DNA from: Malacoraja senta
Taxonomy: Eukaryota
Length of the DNA: 47,797 bases
Direction of reading: 5' to 3'
Assembly: GCA_038087875.1 (NCBI GenBank)
Contig: JAXLNO010005746.1
Coordinates: 62,001 to 109,797, forward strand
Shown here: piece after piece, positions 1 through 9,614 of the stretch
Layout: each line of letters opens with the position of its first letter
Numbering within the stretch: the first letter of the stretch is position 1
The notes under the pieces: generated by a model
Database searches by the model: none
What the model was told of the DNA's origin: nothing
Seen by the model: the letters and a program-made list of their open reading frames with translations, nothing else
Position numbers and translations under genes: made by a program

Positions 1-26
1 ACCTAGGTCTCTGGTGGTGGTTGCAG

Positions 27-132
27 TTCCACCTTCAGCAAACCCAACACCACAAATATCACCCAGAACAAGCCTCTCCATCACCAGTGTAGCAGTGTGA
101 CAACACAATGTGAGCAACTCACAACAAAATAG
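27..132 (+). pseudogene. Orphan stalk-like exon with in-frame TGA (98-100); also 19904-20009 and 32395-32500
   Basis: Paralogue of 6776-6881 with TTA changed to TGA. Confidence 0.4.
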
Positions 133-288
133 GTTGAGAAACAGGAAGACACAAGGAAGTACAGATGCAGTGATATCTGATAGTCCGCTCGAGTAGATTG
201 CAACCCAATGGTGGGAACATTGAATTTTCTAGTGTTAAGTAATTAACCCACAACAATCTTTTCCCCTAATCTCCGTCCCTTTCCACAT

Positions 289-314
289 CTATATATATAT
301 ATATATATATATAT
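289..314. repeat. (TA)n microsatellite, length-variable among paralogues (20168-20184, 32657-32680, short at ~7036)
   Basis: Seen directly in the sequence. Confidence 0.95.
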
Positions 315-329
315 CCTTTCTTCCAGCTT

Positions 330-620
330 CATATTTCATGCCTCTTCTCTCAATATCTCATATCACCATATCTCACAGCCTTTTATCTTCTTTCCATCTC
401 TGGCCTTCGTCCACCCATCAGCCAATAACCCTCTCTCCCTCACCTGTATCCACCTATCACTTGCCAGGCTTCAGCCTTCCCCCACCTCTCTCCCAGCTTT
501 CTCCCCCCTACTACAATCAGCCTGAAGAAGGGTCCCAACCCAAAACCTTACCTATCCATGTTCTCTGGAGATGCTGCCTGGCCCATTGAGTTACTCCAGC
601 ATTATATGTCTGTTTTTGAG
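330..620 (+). mobile_element. Penelope-like element 3' end (also ~7050-7335, 10300-10540, 13560-13735, 20200-20480 and duplicates)
   Basis: Pyrimidine-rich stretch followed by CTGAAGAAGGGTC..GAAACGTCACC-type core and gatgctgcctg..gagttactccagc end. Confidence 0.6.
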
Positions 621-944
621 AAATAGGAAGTTGTGAGGTTGATAAGAAGATTTGAACAACAGTGTAAATATTTTGAAACCAAATCATTGGTTCCACGGGT
701 TAGGGTTGTTATGACAGTATGCAGGGTGGGTTATCAGATCTGTGAGGTGTGGAGAACCATGGTCAAGTCCAAATCCACCCGCATGTCACAGTGCCAGGGT
801 GAAGGGTGAGTGGGGCAGAGCAGGGTGGGACACTGGCACCAGAGTTAAACTCATAGTCATATAGTGCAGAAACAGGCCCTTCTTCCCAACTTGACCATGC
901 TGACCAAACTGCCCACCTACACTTGTAGTAGTGTAGTTACTATA

Positions 945-1225
945 TGTAGTGTACTCCAGCAGTATGAACATTGACTTCTCCAATTTCAGGTGGTCCTTGC
1001 TTTCTCCCTCCTTCCCCTTCCCTTCCCAGCTCTCCCACAGCCTACTGTCACCTTCTCTTCCGTTCTTCTTCCTGCCTCCCGCCCCCACCTCCACATCAGT
1101 CTGAAGAAGGATCTCGACCCGAAACATCACCTATTCCTTCGCTCCATAGATGCTGCCTCACCCGCTGAGTTTCTCCAGCATTTTTTACTACCTTCGTTTT
1201 TTCCAGCATCTGCAGTTCTTTCTTA
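945..1225 (+). mobile_element. Penelope-like element 3' end with GIY-YIG C-terminal remnant (also ~20810-21090 and ~33310-33590)
   Basis: PSGMNIDFSNFR (20822-20857) resembles the P-x-G-(M/L)-N end of Penelope endonuclease ORFs. It is followed by a hammerhead-like core at 1101-1128. Confidence 0.65.
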
Positions 1226-1231
1226 AACCTA

Positions 1232-1457
1232 AACTAGTTTAGTTTAGTTTAGAGATACAGCGTGGAAACTGGCCCTTCGCCTACCGAGTCCGCACCGAAC
1301 AGTGATCCCACGCATTAACATCCTACATGCACTGGGGACTATTTATACTTATACCAAGCCAACTAACCTACTAACCAATACGTTTTTGGAGTGTGGGAGG
1401 AAACTGAAGATCTCGGAGAAAACCCAGGCGGTCACGGGGAGAACGTACAAACTCCCT
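1232..1457 (-). mobile_element. V-SINE, minus strand; related copies at ~4634-5030, 6490-6760, 7640-7935, 11608-11895, 14706-14930, 17965-18195, 19530-19885, 21100-21315 and in the duplicated blocks
   Basis: (tttag)n-agatacagc tail, followed by tgtgggaggaaac..gggagaacgt(a/g)caaactcc, the reverse complement of the V-SINE central domain. Confidence 0.85.
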
Positions 1458-1577
1458 AAACAAGAGTGAGGGTTAACTTCTGGATTCACCCTCAGACACA
1501 GACACATTACCTTGGTTTTACAGTAGAAATCCCTTCAAATGCTTTCATGAAGTTCTTTTCCAAAATAATTGCTATAT

Positions 1578-2100
1578 ACACAGTCATAGTGTGACTCAGT
1601 GTGGAAACAGGCCCTTCTGCCCAACTTGCCGACACCAGCCAACATGTCCCAGGCCAGCTACACTAGTTCCACCTGCTCGCATTTGCCCCATATCCCTCCA
1701 AACCTGTCCTATCCAAGTACCCTATCTAACTGTATCTAAAACGTTAGGATAGTCCCTGCCTCACTACCTCCTCTGGCAGTTTGTTCCATATACCCACCAC
1801 CCTTTCTGTGAAAAAGTTACCCCTCAGATTCCTATTGAATCTTTTCCCCTTCACATTACACCTATGTCCTCTGGTCCCCGATTCACCTGCACTGGGAAAG
1901 TGACACTGTGCATCTACCCAATCTATTCCTCTTGTAATTTTATACATCTCTATAAGATCACCGCTCATCCTCCTGCGCTCCAAGGAATGGAATCCCAGCC
2001 TACTCAACCTCACTATAGCTCAGACCATGTAATCCTGGCAACATCCTCATAAATCTTCTCTGTATCCTTTCCAGCTAGACAACATCTTTCCTATAACACG
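1578..2100 (-). mobile_element. CR1 LINE 3' fragment (also ~21440-21955 and ~33945-34465)
   Basis: Encodes SLERRRMSGDLIEMYK..TRGH..RGNFFTERVVGIWNKLP, followed by the 3' tail. Confidence 0.85.
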
Positions 2101-2440
2101 ATGCTTTTGAAAGACCCATCTGGTTATTATATCAATTGATCACTAATTACTGTTCTCACCTCTAATGACAAGAGCAGCTTAGGTTAACCAATAAAATATG
2201 TTTGTTAATAAACAGCTTTTTAAACAAAACCAGTTCTGCTGTTTGGCATAATTCTTTCCTAAAAGCAAGTGATTATACAATCCTTATACAATACTTGGGG
2301 TGCTGTATCAGGTAATATGGTTAATGTAGCTATTTATTGCAGATAAATTGCAGGGGTGTGGAGGCAAGGTCAATGGATATTTTAAAGTTAGTTTTGATGT
2401 AGGAACAGGCCAGGGTAACATGTAGGCTATGAGAAAGATT

Positions 2441-4629
2441 AGTCTTTAGATTCTGGAGTAGTTCCTGAGGATTGGAGGGTAGCTAATGTAACCCCACTTT
2501 TTAAAAATGGAGGGAGAGAGAAAACGGGGAATTACAGACCAGTTAGTCTAACATCGGTAGTGGGGAAACTGCTAGAGTCAGTTATTAAAGATGGGATAGC
2601 AGCACATTTGGAAAATGGTGAAATCATTGAACAAAGTCAGCATCGATTTATGAAAGGTAAATCATGTCTGACGAATCTTATAGAAGTTTCTAGGATGTAA
2701 CTAGTAGAGTGGATAAGGGAGAACCAGTGGATGTGTTATATCTGGACTTTCAGAAGGCTTTCGACAAGGTCCCACATAAGAGATTAATATACAAACTTAA
2801 AGCACACGGTATTGGGGGTTCAGTATTGATGTGGATAGAGAACTGGCTGGCAGACAGGAAGCAAAGAGTAGGAGTAAACGGGTCCTTTTCAGAATGGCAG
2901 GCAGTGACTAGTGGGGTACCGCAAAGCTCAGTGCTGGGACCCCAGCTATTTTCAATATATATTAATGATCTGGACGAGGGAATTGAATGCAACATCTCCA
3001 AGTTTGTGGATGACACGAAGCTGGCAGGCACTGTTAGCTGTGAGGAGTGTGCTAGGTGGCTGCAAGATGACTTGGATAGGCTGGGTGAGTGGGCAAATGC
3101 ATGGCAGATGCAGTATAATGTGGATAAATGTGAGGTTATCCACTTTGTGGCAAAAACAGGAAAGTAGACTATTACCTGAATGGTGGCCAATTAGGAAAAG
3201 GGGAGATGCAACGAGACGTGGGTGTCATGGTACACCAGTCATTGAAAGTAGGCATGCAGGTGCAGCAGGCAGTGAAGAAAGCGAATGGTATGTTAGCATT
3301 CATAGCAAAAGGACTTGAGTATAGGAGCAGGGAGATTCTACTGCAGTTGTACAGGGTCTTGGTGAGACCACACCTGGAGTATTGCGTACAGTTTTGGTCT
3401 CCTAATCTGAGGAAGGACATTCTTGCCATAGAGGGAGTACAGAGAAGGTTCACCAGACAGATTCCTGGGATGTCAGGACTTTCATATGAAGAAAGACTGG
3501 ATAGACTTGGCTTGTACTCGCTAGAATTTAGAAGATTGAGGGGGAATCTTATAGAAACTTACAAAATTCTTAAGGGGTTGGACAGGCTAGATGCAGGAAG
3601 ATTGTTCCCGATGTTGGGGAAGTCCAGAACAAGGGGTCACCGTTTAAGGATAAAGGGGAAATCTTTTAGGACTGAGATGAGAAAAACATTTTTTTTTTTT
3701 TGAAAATATTTTTTATTGGAGATAAAACACAACATATTATCATCATTACCAGTCTTACATTTTTAAATTGATAATATCATCAATTATTATTACATTGTCT
3801 CCAATACCTTTTGCCTTTTTAAAAAAAAAATTTTAAACTAGATAGAACTAAAAAGATAGATGAAGTAAAGAAAGAAAAAAAAAAAAGAAAACAGAGAAGA
3901 AAAAGATAGTTAAAGAAGAATGGAAACATTTATTAAGATAAAAAACTTCGTTCGAGATATATTCGTACATTTCAGAGTATAACATTTCATCCATTCTTTA
4001 GCCCGAGTGCTAGTCAGGTTCTTGTGCTGAACCATTCTGACCCTTTAAATAATCAATAAAGGGAGACCATGTTCCAACGAATAATTCCTGTTTGTCCAAC
4101 AGGGCAAATCTGATTCTTTTCTTTCCACATTTGATTCTGATTCCACATCTGATTCTTTCCACATTTAAGGTCTCCGTCATTTCTATAATCCACATTTTGA
4201 TTGTGGGGGTTATAGGGCCTTTCCAAATCGCTGCAGGTAAGACCCGATTTTCTCCCGTTTTCAGATTCTTCGGCACGGAGCTAGTTGGCACTGGACTCAA
4301 GCCTCCATAGCGCCACCGGAAGTCAGTAAAAAAAAAAAAAAAGGGGGTAATCCTTTAGGACCGAGATGAGAAAAACATTTTTTACACAGAGAGTGGTGAA
4401 TCTCTGGAATTCTCTGCCACAGAATGTAGTTGAGGCCAGTTCATTGGCTATATTTAAGAGGGAGTTAGATGTGGCCCTTGTGGCTAAAGGGATCAGGGGG
4501 TATGGAGAGGATGCAGGTGCAGGATACTGAGTTGGATGATCAGCCATGATCATATTGAATGGCGGTGCAGGCTCGAAGGGACGAATGGCCTACTCCAGCA
4601 CCTATTTTCTATGTTTTTATGTTTCTATG
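2441..4629 (+). mobile_element. 5'-truncated CR1-clade LINE interrupted by the L1 (also 22295-30248 and 34807-36995)
   Basis: Motifs VPEDWRVANVTPLFK, YLDFQKAFDKVPH, GVPQ.SVLGP, DDTKL, RPHLEYCVQFW. Resumes after the L1 and ends in an 8-nt tail repeat (tttctatg). Confidence 0.92.
3689..4327 (-). mobile_element. Internally deleted L1 (3' end fused to 5' end); also 36055-36693
   Basis: Same poly(A) and 5' end as the full element. Junction CTTTCCAAA/TCGCTGCAGG at ~4227 removes the equivalent of 24040-29846. Confidence 0.93.
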
Positions 4630-5429
4630 CTTGGTTTAGAGATACCGCATGGAAACAGGCCCATTGGCCCACCGAGTCCACGCCGACCATTGATCACCTG
4701 TACACACTATGTTTAAGAAGGAACTGCAGATGCTGGAACATGAAGGTAGACAAAAACGCTGAGTTTCTCCAGCATTTTTGTCTACCTGTACACACTAGTT
4801 CTGTTATCCCACTTTTCTCATCCATTCCCTACACATTTGCGACAATCTTGCAGAGGTATTTAACCTACAAACTCGCATGGATTAGGGATGTGGGAGGAAA
4901 CCAGAGCACCTGGAGGAAACCCACGAGGTCACAGGGAGAACGTTCAAACTCCACACAGACAGCACCCGTAGTCAGGATCAAACCCGGGTCTCTGGCGCTG
5001 TGAGGCAGCAGCTAACCGCTGCACCTCCGTGCTGCACTGAAGAGAGAAAGCAGGCTTGCGAGAGCAGACAGCAGAGCAGCAGGCCAGAGTGACAGCATCT
5101 GGAGTGGGAGTTGAACCCACAACACTCTGACTCCGGGTTTTTTTAAATTTCAAAATATACTTTATTAGAAAAATAAAATATATACAATTCATGATCCTTA
5201 CAAAACTCCATCCGACATTCTCGGAGGCTAGACATACATTCAATACTGTTTACACAAATTACACAAATTTACCCCATACCCTTGCCACTCATGTGGCCCA
5301 CTGGCGTGGGATACCTTCCCTTATTTTGAAGGGCATCTCCACCACACCCTGCCACAAACTGACCTTTTGCTGGATGTCTACGCTGGCCCATGGTGTGGCT
5401 CAAGTAGCCTGGGAAAGTCACCCAAGACA

Positions 5430-5750
5430 CCCTTGAGAGAGAGGGTGATGAATTTGTGCCCTAGCCTCAGAATAAAAGGGCATAGTTTGAGAAAGGAGAT
5501 GAGAACGAATTTCTTTAGTCAGAGGGTGGTGAATCTGTGGAAATCATTGCGACAGAAGGATGTGGAGGCCAAGTCAAAGGACATTTTTAAGGCGGAGATT
5601 GATAGATTCTTGATTAGTACGAGTGTCGGGGGTTATGGGGAGAAGGCAGGAGAATGGGGTCGAGAGGGAAAGATAGATCAGCCATGATTGATTGAATGGC
5701 GGAGTGGATCTGATGGGCCGAATGTCCTAATTCTGCTCTTATAACTTATG
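5430..5750 (+). mobile_element. CR1 3' fragment (also ~31050-31370 and ~37795-38115)
   Basis: Encodes GHSLRKEMRTNFFSQRVVNLW, with tail ttataacttatgaac. Confidence 0.8.
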
Positions 5751-6114
5751 AACATGATCTGGATTGATCTGATCATCTATCTCCACACAGAGGCTCCTTG
5801 ATCGTCAGTGGGGAGGGTGTGCTGCCTGTCCTATACCACTGTAGGACATAGTGGCAGGGTGAGGGGTGACCTCTGGAACTCAGCTCCAAACATTTTATTT
5901 ATCGGAGTCGCTGCCTCAAAAAGGCACCAATGTTTGCAGACACTTCTGTACATCCTGACATTCACCCAAAAGACAGCAGTACGTAGACTAGAACTCAAAG
6001 CTGGCTCTCCAGAATGTGAACTTTTAACTTTATTACCAATAGAATTGCCGTGTAAAATGCTGCACTTTGAATAATGGTTAAAGTAATCCAATGTAAATGA
6101 AGATGGCTGAATTT

Positions 6115-6345
6115 TGTCATAAGTTCTTAGGTGAAAGGAGTAGAATTAGGCCATTCGGCCCATCAAGTCTATTGCGCCATTCAATCATGGCTGATCCATC
6201 TCTCCCTCCTAACCCCATTCTCCTGCCTTCTCCCCATAACCCGTGACACCTGAACTAATTAAGAATCTCTCTATCTCTGCCTTAAAAATATCCACTGACA
6301 GCCTCTGTGGCAAAGAATTCCACAGATTCATCACCCTCTGACTAA
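6115..6345 (-). mobile_element. CR1 3' tail fragment
   Basis: Reverse complement of the CR1 tail (ggccattcggcccatc...gaattccacagattcatcaccctctgact). Confidence 0.75.
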
Positions 6346-6749
6346 AGGTTTATTGAGCAATTCTTTGCAATAATTTCATTTTGCATTGCAACTTGCATTT
6401 CAACAGTGCATTAAAGGTGCTGGAAAAGTCTCGAGGTTCTTCACAGCACCATTGTCAGGTGGAATTTGGCATCGAATCACATGCTGGTTCGAGATACAGC
6501 ATGGAAACAGACCCTTCGGCCCACCGAGTCCACGCTGACCATCGATCACCTGTTCACACTAGTCCCACATTACACCGCTTTTGCATGCACTCCCTACACA
6601 TTGAGTGCAATTCGACAAGAGGGCCAATTAACCTACAGAGCCACACGTTTTGGGGATGTGGGAGGATGCCGGAGCACCCAGAGGAGACCCACGCGGTCAC
6701 AGGGAGAACGTGCAAACTCCACACCGATAGCGCCGGAGGTCAGAATTGA

Positions 6750-7860
6750 ACCTAGGTCTCTGGTGGTGGTTGCAGTTCCACCTTCAGCAACCCCAACCCC
6801 ACAAATATCACCCAGTACAACCCTCTCCATCACCAGTGTAGCAGTGTTACAACACAATGCTAGCAACTCACGTCAAAATAGGTTGAGAAACAGGAAGACA
6901 CAAGGAAGTACAGATGCAGTAATATCTGATAGTCTGCTCGGGTAGATTGCAACCCAATGGTGGGAACATTGAATTTTCTAGTTTTAAGTAATTAACCCAC
7001 AACAATCCTTTCCCCTAACCTCCATCCCTTTCCAACTATATATATCCTTTCTTCCAGCTTCACATTTCATGCCTCTTCTCTCCATATCCCAAAGCTTTTT
7101 ATCTTCTTTCCATCTCTGGCCTTCGTTCACCCATCAGTCAATAACCATCTCTCCCTCACCTGTATCCACCTATCACTTGCCAGTCTTCATCCTTCCCCCA
7201 CCTCTCTCCCAACTTTCTCCCCCCTACTACAATCAGCCTGAAGAAGGGTCCCAACCGAAAACGTTACCTATCCATGTTCTCTGGAGATGCTCCCTGGCCC
7301 ATTGAGTTACTCCAGCATTATATGTTTGTTTTTGAGAAATAGGAAGTTGTGAGGTTGATAAGAAGATTTGAACACCAGTGTAAATATTTTGAAACCAAAT
7401 CATTGGTTCTACGGGTTAGGGTTGTTATGACTATGCAGGGTGGGTTATCAGATCTGTGAGGTGTGGAGAACCATGGTCAAATCCAAATCCACCTACATGT
7501 CACAGTGCCAGCGTGAAGGGTGAGTGGGGCAGAGCAGGGCGGGGCACTGGCACCAGAGTTAAACTCATAGAGTCATATAGCACAGAAACAGGCCCTTCTT
7601 CCCAACTTGACCATGCTGACCAAACTGCTTACCCACAATAGTTTAGTTTAGAGATACAGCGTGGAAACTGACCCTTCGTCCCACCGAGCCCGCACCGAAC
7701 AGCAATCCCCACGCATTAACACTATCCTACACGCACTAGGGACTATTTACAGCTGTTCCAAGCCAACTAACCTACAAACCTATATTTTTGGAGTGTGGGA
7801 GGAAAATGAAGATCTCGAAGAAAACCCAGGCGGTCACAGGGAGAATGTACAAATTCCATA
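6750..7860. repeat. Older, more diverged partial copy of bases 1-~1450 (also 39108-40218)
   Basis: Starts acctaggtctctggtggtgg. Homology is lost inside a V-SINE near 7860. Confidence 0.9.
6776..6881 (+). pseudogene. Orphan stalk-like exon, open version (VPPSATPTPQISPSTTLSITSVAVLQHNASNSRQN-R); also 39134-39239
   Basis: ttgcag| acceptor and AATAG|gttgag donor, phase 1 to 2 like exon 3, S/T/P-rich. The polypyrimidine tract is weak and there is no linked V exon. Confidence 0.4.
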
Positions 7861-8184
7861 CAGACAGCACCCGTAGTCTGTCTAACAGTCGAACCTGTCT
7901 GTAAGCGCTGTAAGGCAGCAGCTCTACCACTGCGCCACCCTAGTCCACTAGTCCCACTTGCCCGCATTTGACCCATCTCCTCATATATTGGTAAATATCC
8001 ATTTTTTACCCTCAGCCCGAAGTAGTGTCTCGGCCGGAATACAAACATGCACTTTTTGCCTCCACAGATGCTGCCTGACCCGTTGAGTTTTTCAGGTGTT
8101 CTGCCTATTGTTCCAGATTCTAGTATATGCAATCTCCTTTGTCTTCTCCCTCACACAACCCTAATCCTACCTCAACAATGTTAT

Positions 8185-8705
8185 CTCACAGAAGCTGATG
8201 GGTATATGGAAGGAACATGTCCAGAGGAGCTAGTGGAGACAGGTACTATTAACAACATTTAAAAGCATTAGGACATGGTACGTGAATAGGAAAGGTTTGT
8301 AGGGACAGGGGTCAAACAAAGGCCTGATTTTTACGGTGGCGCAGCCGTAGAGTTGCTGCCTTACATTGTATAACAGCGCCAGATACCCGGGTTTGATCCT
8401 GGCTACAGGTGCTTGTCTGTACATAGTCTGTACTTTCTCCCAGTGACCTGCATGAGTTTTCTCCGAGAACTTCAGTTTCCTCCCACACTCCAAAGATGAA
8501 CAGCTTTGTAGGTTAATTGGGTTGGTGTAAATGTAAACATTTGTGTTGATGTGCGGGGATCACTGGACGGTGCGGACACGGTGGGCCGGAGGGCCTGTTT
8601 CCGCACTGTATCTCTAAACTAAACTAAACTAAAGAGGGACTAGCGTACATGGGACATCTTGATCGGCATAGGGCAAGTTGTTTCCGTGCTGTATCACTCT
8701 ATGAT
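8185..8705 (+). mobile_element. CR1 3' tail with a nested full V-SINE
   Basis: CR1 tail sequence lies on both sides of 8333-8633. Confidence 0.65.
8333..8633 (+). mobile_element. Full-length V-SINE (HE1-like, tRNA-derived); also 40691-40991
   Basis: tRNA-like head (acggtggcgcag...gggtttgatcc), V-domain (ttctcccagtgacc..tttcctcccacactccaaag), CR1-like tail ending (ctaaa)n. Confidence 0.85.
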
Positions 8706-8819
8706 TTTATGAAGCACATCCTCAAACTAAGCTTTACCCGGTCTCCGATGCTCAAATATGTGAATTGTCCTTCAAGGAGTTTATCTGGTGACGTGAGTTG
8801 ACTTATCTGATCGCGTTTG

Positions 8820-9160
8820 GCAATAGACAATAGACAATATGTGCAGGAGTAGGCCTTTCGGCTCTTCGAGCCAGCATTGCCATTCAATATGATCATGGCT
8901 GATCATCCACAATCAGTACCCCTTTCCTGCCTTCTCCCCATTTCCCTGACTCCGCCATCTTTAAGAGCCCTATCTAGCTCTCTCTTGAAAGTATCCAGAG
9001 AACCTGCCTCCACCGCCCTCTGAGGCAGAGGATTCCACAGACTCACAACTCTCTGTGTGAAAAAGTTCACACATTCCAGGAGTAGAATTTGGCCATTCGG
9101 CCCATCGAGTCTACTCCGCCATTCAAACATGGCTGATCTCTGCCTCCTAACCCCATTCAA
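8820..9160 (-). mobile_element. Two adjacent CR1 3' tail fragments
   Basis: Reverse-complement CR1 tails. ORF 8903-9160 includes FFTQRVVSLWNPLPQRAVEAGSL. Confidence 0.75.
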
Positions 9161-9369
9161 GTTCGGACACAGTGTGCCTGCATTTGGGGGAGGGGGTTGA
9201 GGGGGTGGGCAAGGGAATGTTTGCAGTGGCGGACAGAGCGCCAGTCAAGTGGGCAAATGTCACCAGGATGAAGCAGAGCTTCGAGGAGATGCTCCAATCC
9301 AGGCAACAGGAGAGCGTTGCAGCGCACTCCTGATAGGTGCATTGTCCGTGGTGAGGAGGCTGGGGGAGG

Positions 9370-9517
9370 TGGCAAGTGAGTCACCAAGTTAGTCTCGAAC
9401 CACTGCAAAGTCGTTTCCTGAGTAAACGGAAATTGACTGTTTGACTTCTGTTGTGAATGAGGAAGAGGACAACTCAAACGCAGTGCAGGGACCAAACCGA
9501 TCCAACGTAGCCGAGAC
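9370..9517 (+). promoter_or_regulatory. Putative TATA-less proximal promoter/5'UTR with AP-1 and Ets/PU.1-like motifs
   Basis: TGAGTCA 9377-9383, TTTCCTG 9414-9420, ACGGAAAT 9426-9433 and GAGGAAG 9459-9465 lie upstream of the leader ATG. Identical at 41728-41875. Motif match only. Confidence 0.35.
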
Positions 9518-9614
9518 ATGGCGGTGGGACAGGGAGAATTCACCCACCAGAAACGGCCCAGATCCAGGGGAACAGTCGCTCTGCTGGTTCTTGTCGCTGT
9601 TGGTCTCACACCAG
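9518..9614 (+). CDS. Exon 1, leader/signal peptide MAVGQGEFTHQKRPRSRGTVALLVLVAVGLTP(G)
   Basis: ATG in strong Kozak context (GAGACATGG), basic n-region, hydrophobic VALLVLVAVGL, phase-1 donor CAG|GTAAAT joining in frame to G-SWG of the V exon. Not present in the supplied ORF track. Confidence 0.75.

Noticed and set aside
738-805. Candidate exon SVRCGEPWSSPNPPACHSARVK with strong AAG|GTGAGT donor, open in the paralogous copies examined
   Set aside because: Weak acceptor, no recognisable domain and no TM exon nearby; not supportable without transcripts.
1232-1255. (TTTAG)n / (CTAAA)n arrays as telomeric or CRISPR-like repeats
   Set aside because: Short SINE 3' tail repeats; no spacers, no cas genes, and the context is eukaryotic.
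2266-2311. Candidate 46-nt exon (aaaag|...CAG|GTAATA)
   Set aside because: Gives an immediate stop in the phase required after the stalk-like exon, and the peptide is unrecognisable.
338-8500. Numerous 60-160 aa ORFs repeated in several places
   Set aside because: They are translations of SINE, Penelope-end and CR1-tail sequence or antisense frames, and recur only because the repeats and duplications recur.
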